A stretch of DNA of 64,000 nt from Basidiobolus meristosporus CBS 931.73 (Eukaryota > Fungi > Basidiobolomycota): contig MCFE01000306.1 in NCBI GenBank assembly GCA_002104905.1, forward strand, positions 34,937 to 98,936. The letters run 5' to 3'. Under the pieces are notes generated by a model. That model was not told the origin of the DNA and ran no database searches. It was given only the letters and a program-made list of their open reading frames with translations. Position numbers and translations under genes: made by a program. How positions within the stretch are numbered: the stretch's first letter is position 1; each line of letters opens with the position of its first letter. This document shows positions 63,746-64,000 of this stretch, in pieces.

Positions 63746-64000
63746 AACAGTACATCTCAGACCTGCCATCAAGAAGCTTTTCAGGGTAGTGCACAAGACA
63801 CACAGAGACCTTGGAGACACTTGGAGCACCTAGGAAGTTAGAGAAGCAGGAGCTTTTACCATAGTGACATATTGACAAAGACACCAGCAGTTTAGACACA
63901 GAGGTTATTGCACCCATCAGACACCTCACACACCTTTGAGTTGTGTAGCTTCTCCCAGGAAGTACTTCTACACCACCACAATGCTCTTGCTCCAACTGAT

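Noticed and set aside
27448-63749. Sequence preference (nAYR) in Gypsy TSDs
   Set aside because: It fits GATG, CAYG and AACA but not CYAG; four sites are too few to test.
10551-64000. Classical RIP (CpA to TpA) as the cause of TE decay
   Set aside because: CpA/TpG remain abundant and long ORFs survive; the loss is concentrated on CpG. A few CA-to-TA changes at LTR ends are not enough.

Overview
Eukaryotic, most likely fungal, genomic DNA (short GT-AG introns, fungal-type MEP transporter); an early-diverging lineage is possible but is only an inference. The window has two sharply different compartments. (1) 1-10.5 kb is CpG-normal gene space with an intronless, actinobacterial-looking YbaK/aminoacyl-tRNA deacylase gene (1645-2187 +), an 11-exon VPS35 gene (2515-5857 -) and an intronless ammonium transporter (6963-8312 -). 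(2) From 10551 to the end is an almost CpG-free nest of transposons. It holds three Ty1/Copia LTR families (two full-length elements with 5-bp TSDs, plus truncated copies and solo LTRs) and one Ty3/Gypsy family (three near-full-length copies and solo LTRs, with 4-bp TSDs). It also holds several CACTA/En-Spm (Tnp2) copies, one with both CACTA TIRs, a DDE_Tnp_4 (Harbinger/IS5-like) transposase, a TA-flanked foldback element with ~350-bp arms, and an unclassified repeat with a TAAAGGGG array. One ~3-kb CACTA remnant has been inflated to ~23 kb by six nested insertions. No TE copy here has intact full-length ORFs; the Gypsy at 58817-63745 is the youngest. All alignments and counts were done by eye and should be confirmed computationally.
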